From the human T2T-CHM13v2.0 reference genome, Homo sapiens: a DNA stretch of 64,000 bases. Both the position numbers and the translations under genes were made by a program. The notes under the pieces were generated by a model that worked only from the letters and a program-made list of their open reading frames with translations, made no database searches and was not told the origin of the DNA. Positions 59,444 to 64,000 of this stretch are shown one piece after another. Each line of letters starts with the position of its first letter. Within the stretch, counting starts at the first letter, position 1. The stretch lies in NCBI GenBank assembly GCA_009914755.4, contig CP068257.2, positions 39,392,001-39,456,000 on the forward strand. Direction: 5' to 3'.

Positions 59444-61500
59444 TCATGGCAATCTAGCCCCATCTGCCCTACCTGTGCCTTAAACAATTGGAGGGGATGT
59501 CCCCTGGATACTCTCCAAATGCCACCCTCACCTTCCCAGCAGAAATGGCAAGTCTAGAAAATTGCCTCCTAAAGCTAATTCTGACATAATGAAAAGTAAA
59601 TACAAATGTATCCATTTTCCTCTGGCTTCTCTTCTTGATTTCTATCAGACCTCGAGAGATTCTGTAAAGACCCTGGCCAGCATTCACTGGTGTGGATCAT
59701 TTAACTACCGTTGTGTTTAACTATCATTGTCCCAAAACATAACTTGATAATTTGGGGCTGCCCAATAAAATTTTAACAATCTTACCTTTCTTTGCTCTAA
59801 AAAATAACAGCAAAAAAAAAAATAAATAAAATAACTAAACCAGATTTGTTATTTGAAGAAAGGGAAGGGAAAAAATGAAGAAATCACTTAAAATATAGAT
59901 ATTTGAAAGTATGGTTGGGGAAACTAGCATCCAAACCATTTGTATTAGAATTATAGTATTTTCCACTTAAAGAAGTGAGACAAGTTAATTGCATAGTTAC
60001 CATAAAATAAACTACATGGTAATTACACAGAAACTCCTTTAGAAACCATAGTAATTACACCGAACTGAAGCCTTCTAAAATAGACCAAGAGTTACCAAGT
60101 TCACACACAATGGAAAGATGTTTAACCTGTTCGCCGACTACTTGATGTGAACAGAGCACGGCCAGTGACTTTTGATGCCCGCTTCTGGAGATAATGACTT
60201 TTAAATACAGATGTCTTTCTAGAAATGGTCCCTAGCACAATATTTCCTTTCAACAAATGGGAGAAAAAGCTCAGTTACCCACTGCCAGGCAGCAGGAAAG
60301 TTGACAGTAATTTGCCGTCTGAGGGAGGTGACAGTCCTAAAAGGGAAATATTAACAGTCTCGATTTTAGAAAGGAGCTTTTGGTTGCTAGCTCACATTTA
60401 CATACTGTATGTCGAACCTGAAAGGAAGCTATGTTCGAATAGAAATGGCTCTGCTGAGAAGTGAATGGTACAGTATATTTTGTATAGAAAAAGCAATTTT
60501 CTTGGGAATTAAAAGGCCTGTTATGCAGTCCCTGCCCAAAAGGCTCAAAACAATCACCTTTTGTCATTCTGTTTTACACAAGCCAAATTATTCAGCTGGC
60601 AAAGTAAAAGGGGAGGGAGATAAAATACACGGGTGAGGGAGATTGTCATCCCCCAAGAAACTTGGTAGAACGCAAAGGTCTGGGAAATAGGCTGTAGGAA
60701 TCCTGGGCTCTTAGCATGCGGTGTTGTTTGGAGGTGACTAGCTAACTGTTAGGAGTGATTTTATCCAAAAGGTGGAAGTCTGTCTCCTGGTGTCCTTAAG
60801 TCATGGGGATTAAGGTTCCGGAAGAAGCAATTCCAGGGTTTCTAATGGTCCCCGGAGTTTCTCGGCACAGAGCTCAGCCTCCTGCTGCCCTCCCCAAGGC
60901 GAGACGGGGCTCAACAGGCCTGTCTACAAACGGCCTTGCCGCTGCTGCTCTGCTCCTTGCAGGGCCTCCACACTGGCCGCAGCCCAGGATCCAGATGACA
61001 TCAGGACTAGATTCCGAATCAGCTGCCAAGGCTGTTGTGAATTTAATTTCATAGACATTGTTCTGCTAAGTTGATGCCAGGACAGATGATGGGTATGAGA
61101 GCAAGAAATGAGATTAGCGATGAGCAAAACCAGACGAAGGGGAAAAGAGAAATTTCTAATTGCACATAACTTAAACCTCATTTGCGTTCCACTCTGACGC
61201 AGCCAGGCCAACTCCAAACCCACAGAGATGTGTTTAGTGCAAACATACTTCTGTTAAACCCTGACCTGAGTCCTCGCTGTCTGTTACACACAAACACAAA
61301 GTGTCATTGTGTCTAGAGGGCTGTGGGCATCTCTGCTAAGAGGTGCAATCATTAAAGGCAGAGAACTGTCTCCCACTTCATTTTCCTAGCTCCATAAACA
61401 TTTGTTGACTGAATAAATGAGTGCCTGGGTCTGAGCAGAGATCTACTAGAAGTCACCACAGAATGTCACAACCTGGAGCCAAAAGACTGCATGATCTCAA

Positions 61501-62006
<506 letters not shown>

Positions 62007-62546
62007 GAAGACTGTGTGATCTGTTAAGGGAAAGACAGCTGCAAAGTTGTCTTGCTCCTAAATGTATGACAATCAAAAAAACCAGAGTTGTTACAATTAG
62101 TTAGAATCCTGAGATAAGGAGCATTTTAGAGTTGTAATCTTGCAGAGTCATGCAGTGACTGGCAGCGATAAGAATTCAGCATTCCAGATGTTTTTTCAAC
62201 ACTTCTGTCCACCACGCTGCTTAGGGCTTCATTCACAATTGCTCCATTTCAACATGCCATGTGTCTGAAGTCTATGCAGTCATCATCCCTCAGAAAGACT
62301 CGTGGTTCTGCATGTGTCTAGGATAGACTGACACTAACTTGACTTGCCTATTACTGTTCTAGAGTGGTTGCTAGTTAAAATGATTGCCATGAAACTTCTC
62401 AAGATAGACTGCCAGGGAAACATGTTACATCAACCATGTTCTTGAGTAAGAATGTAAATGAATACATTCCCTATTCCAGGGACATATGAGGTAGACCTTA
62501 GCCCTAACACAGCAGGGGTTTTGCACCAGGAAAGCCACAGAGCAGA

Positions 62547-62758
62547 CAGACGGTCTTGGAGTTCCTCCCAGCATCACCTCGGACTTTGTCTGGGCCGTGC
62601 TTGCTTTAGTCTCTCCGCCATGAGCCTGTGCGTAAACCTCGGTCTCTCACATCCACAGAGGTCAGGTCTTTGCCCAGACAGCAGGAGGCAACCCATCGAC
62701 AGAGGCCTGGACCAGATGGTCACCGTGTCTCAGCGGGACCTGTTATCCCCTGTGCATC
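62547..62758 (+). repeat. Source or partner copy of the inverted duplication, in unique sequence context
   Basis: See the 61549-61759 feature. Flanks on both sides are non-repetitive. Confidence 0.9.
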
Positions 62759-63394
62759 CAACCAGATCCCATAAGAAGGCAGCCTTCTCACCCAGACCTA
62801 GATTGGACCAAGTGTGTGGACTCTACTTGATACATTGAAATGTTCAATGTATTTTAAACAACTAATCTCAATATGTTATTGAATTCCCAAGAACCTCTTT
62901 GGTGAAATTGATTTTGTAAGCCTCACACGCCCTGGGGGTGCCCCGCCACCCCATTTAGAAGGAACAGGGTGGCTGGTGGGTGATGCAGGGGTCTTGGCCA
63001 CACCTGTGTCTTTGTCTTGTCATTGGAAAAGTGGAGATGATGGCAGAGCCTCCCTCTCAGGCTCAGTGGAAGGACTAATGAGAGAAAATATGCATCCGGT
63101 GAAGAAATAAGTGCCCAACCAATGTTACCTCTTATCACTATGAACTGCAGCTGAGGAATCTAAGTTCCGGGGACGGGGCCAAAAACGCAGCAGGAGGATC
63201 ACGGGGCTAAGAAGAAGATTCCTACCTGCCAAATCTCAGGGCCGTGGGGAAGTGCTAGCAGTTCACAAAGCAACTCAGGGCCCTGCTCAGAAGTGAGTTT
63301 TTTCCTTTTCCCCCTGGAGGAATAAGCAGATTTTAGGTGATATACAAAGACAATCACATTTTGGAAAGCAAACCCCGGGACATTGTGCAAATAT

Positions 63395-63628
63395 GCACAC
63401 ACATTCATATACACATACAACACACACACACAACACACACACATACATACACACACAACACACACATACATACACACACAACACACACACATACATACAC
63501 ACATACAACACACACAACACACACAAATACAACACACACACATACATACACATATACAACACACAATACACCCACACACACATACATACACACATACAAC
63601 ACACACAACACACACACACACACATGTA
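63395..63628. repeat. Complex (CA)n / (CACACATA)n microsatellite, about 230 bp
   Basis: cacacacattcatatacacatacaacacacacacacaacacacacacatacatacacacacaacacacacatacatacacacacaacacacacacatacatacacacatacaacacacacaacacacacaaatacaac... Confidence 0.9.
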
Positions 63629-64000
63629 TACAGAGGTACGTTTTACATGTTTATATTTTCTAATGTAAAGGCAACATCAACTGTAGAAAATTTGAAAAAT
63701 ATTGAAATGTATGACAATAATTAGAAGCTACTCATAATCGCATAATCTCAACATCAGGAAAATTCGCAGTCGACATTCTGGGAGTTTTCCCCTAAACACA
63801 TGGATATTTTGGGACAATAGCCCTATCCATACATCTTTGTATAATATCCTTCTTTTGTTGATGTGCCACTTCAAGAATTTACTCGGTTTTACAAGACAAA
63901 ATTTTAAAGACAGAGAAAATCTTCCCATGCTACCATATGTATTTTTCCTCTTTAGGGGTTTTATAGTCTGACACACAAAAGTCACCATTCAGAACCCTAA

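Noticed and set aside
63199-63724. Cluster of Cys/Val-rich minus-strand ORFs and His/Thr-rich plus-strand ORFs (72-140 aa)
   Set aside because: Translation of the complex (CA)n/(TG)n repeat at 63395-63628.

Overview
This window is primate, almost certainly human, nuclear genomic DNA, not a prokaryotic or viral locus. Five human-specific AluYa5 diagnostic positions are present in the Alu at 27411-27717. The rest of the window is a typical mosaic of human interspersed repeats: at least 15 Alu copies or fragments, L1PA/L1PB and older L1M fragments, a near-full-length Tigger1 DNA transposon, a Tigger2-type MITE, three ERVL-MaLR (THE1/MST-type) solo LTRs, MIR/L2 relics, and many microsatellites (GGAA/GAAA, CA/GT, AT-rich). 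Roughly half of the window is recognisable repeat. I could not support any protein-coding exon. Almost every ORF in the six-frame track is a read-through of a microsatellite or transposable element (for example the 307-aa 'ORF' at 8768-9691 is a CA-rich repeat, and the Lys/Glu/Arg-rich ORFs at about 17.3, 30.0 and 38.3 kb are GGAA repeats). Nothing resembling an operon, defence island or other gene 'system' is present. The observations worth a second look are structural: (1) a 211-bp segment copied in inverted orientation from about 800 bp downstream into the body of an Alu (61549-61759 vs 62547-62758); (2) a pristine AluYa5 insertion with 14-bp TSDs and a 26-nt pure poly(A), a candidate polymorphic insertion; (3) an 875-bp degenerate CA-rich block with higher-order units of about 70-90 bp; (4) three long GGAA/GAAA microsatellites, two of which visibly arose from A-rich L1 sequence; (5) a Tigger1 copy with TA TSDs carrying two nested Alus; (6) one weak candidate 5' exon with a perfect splice donor at about 49.6 kb, plus two CpG-enriched patches. 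All coordinates were derived by eye and are approximate to within +/-10 bp unless stated.
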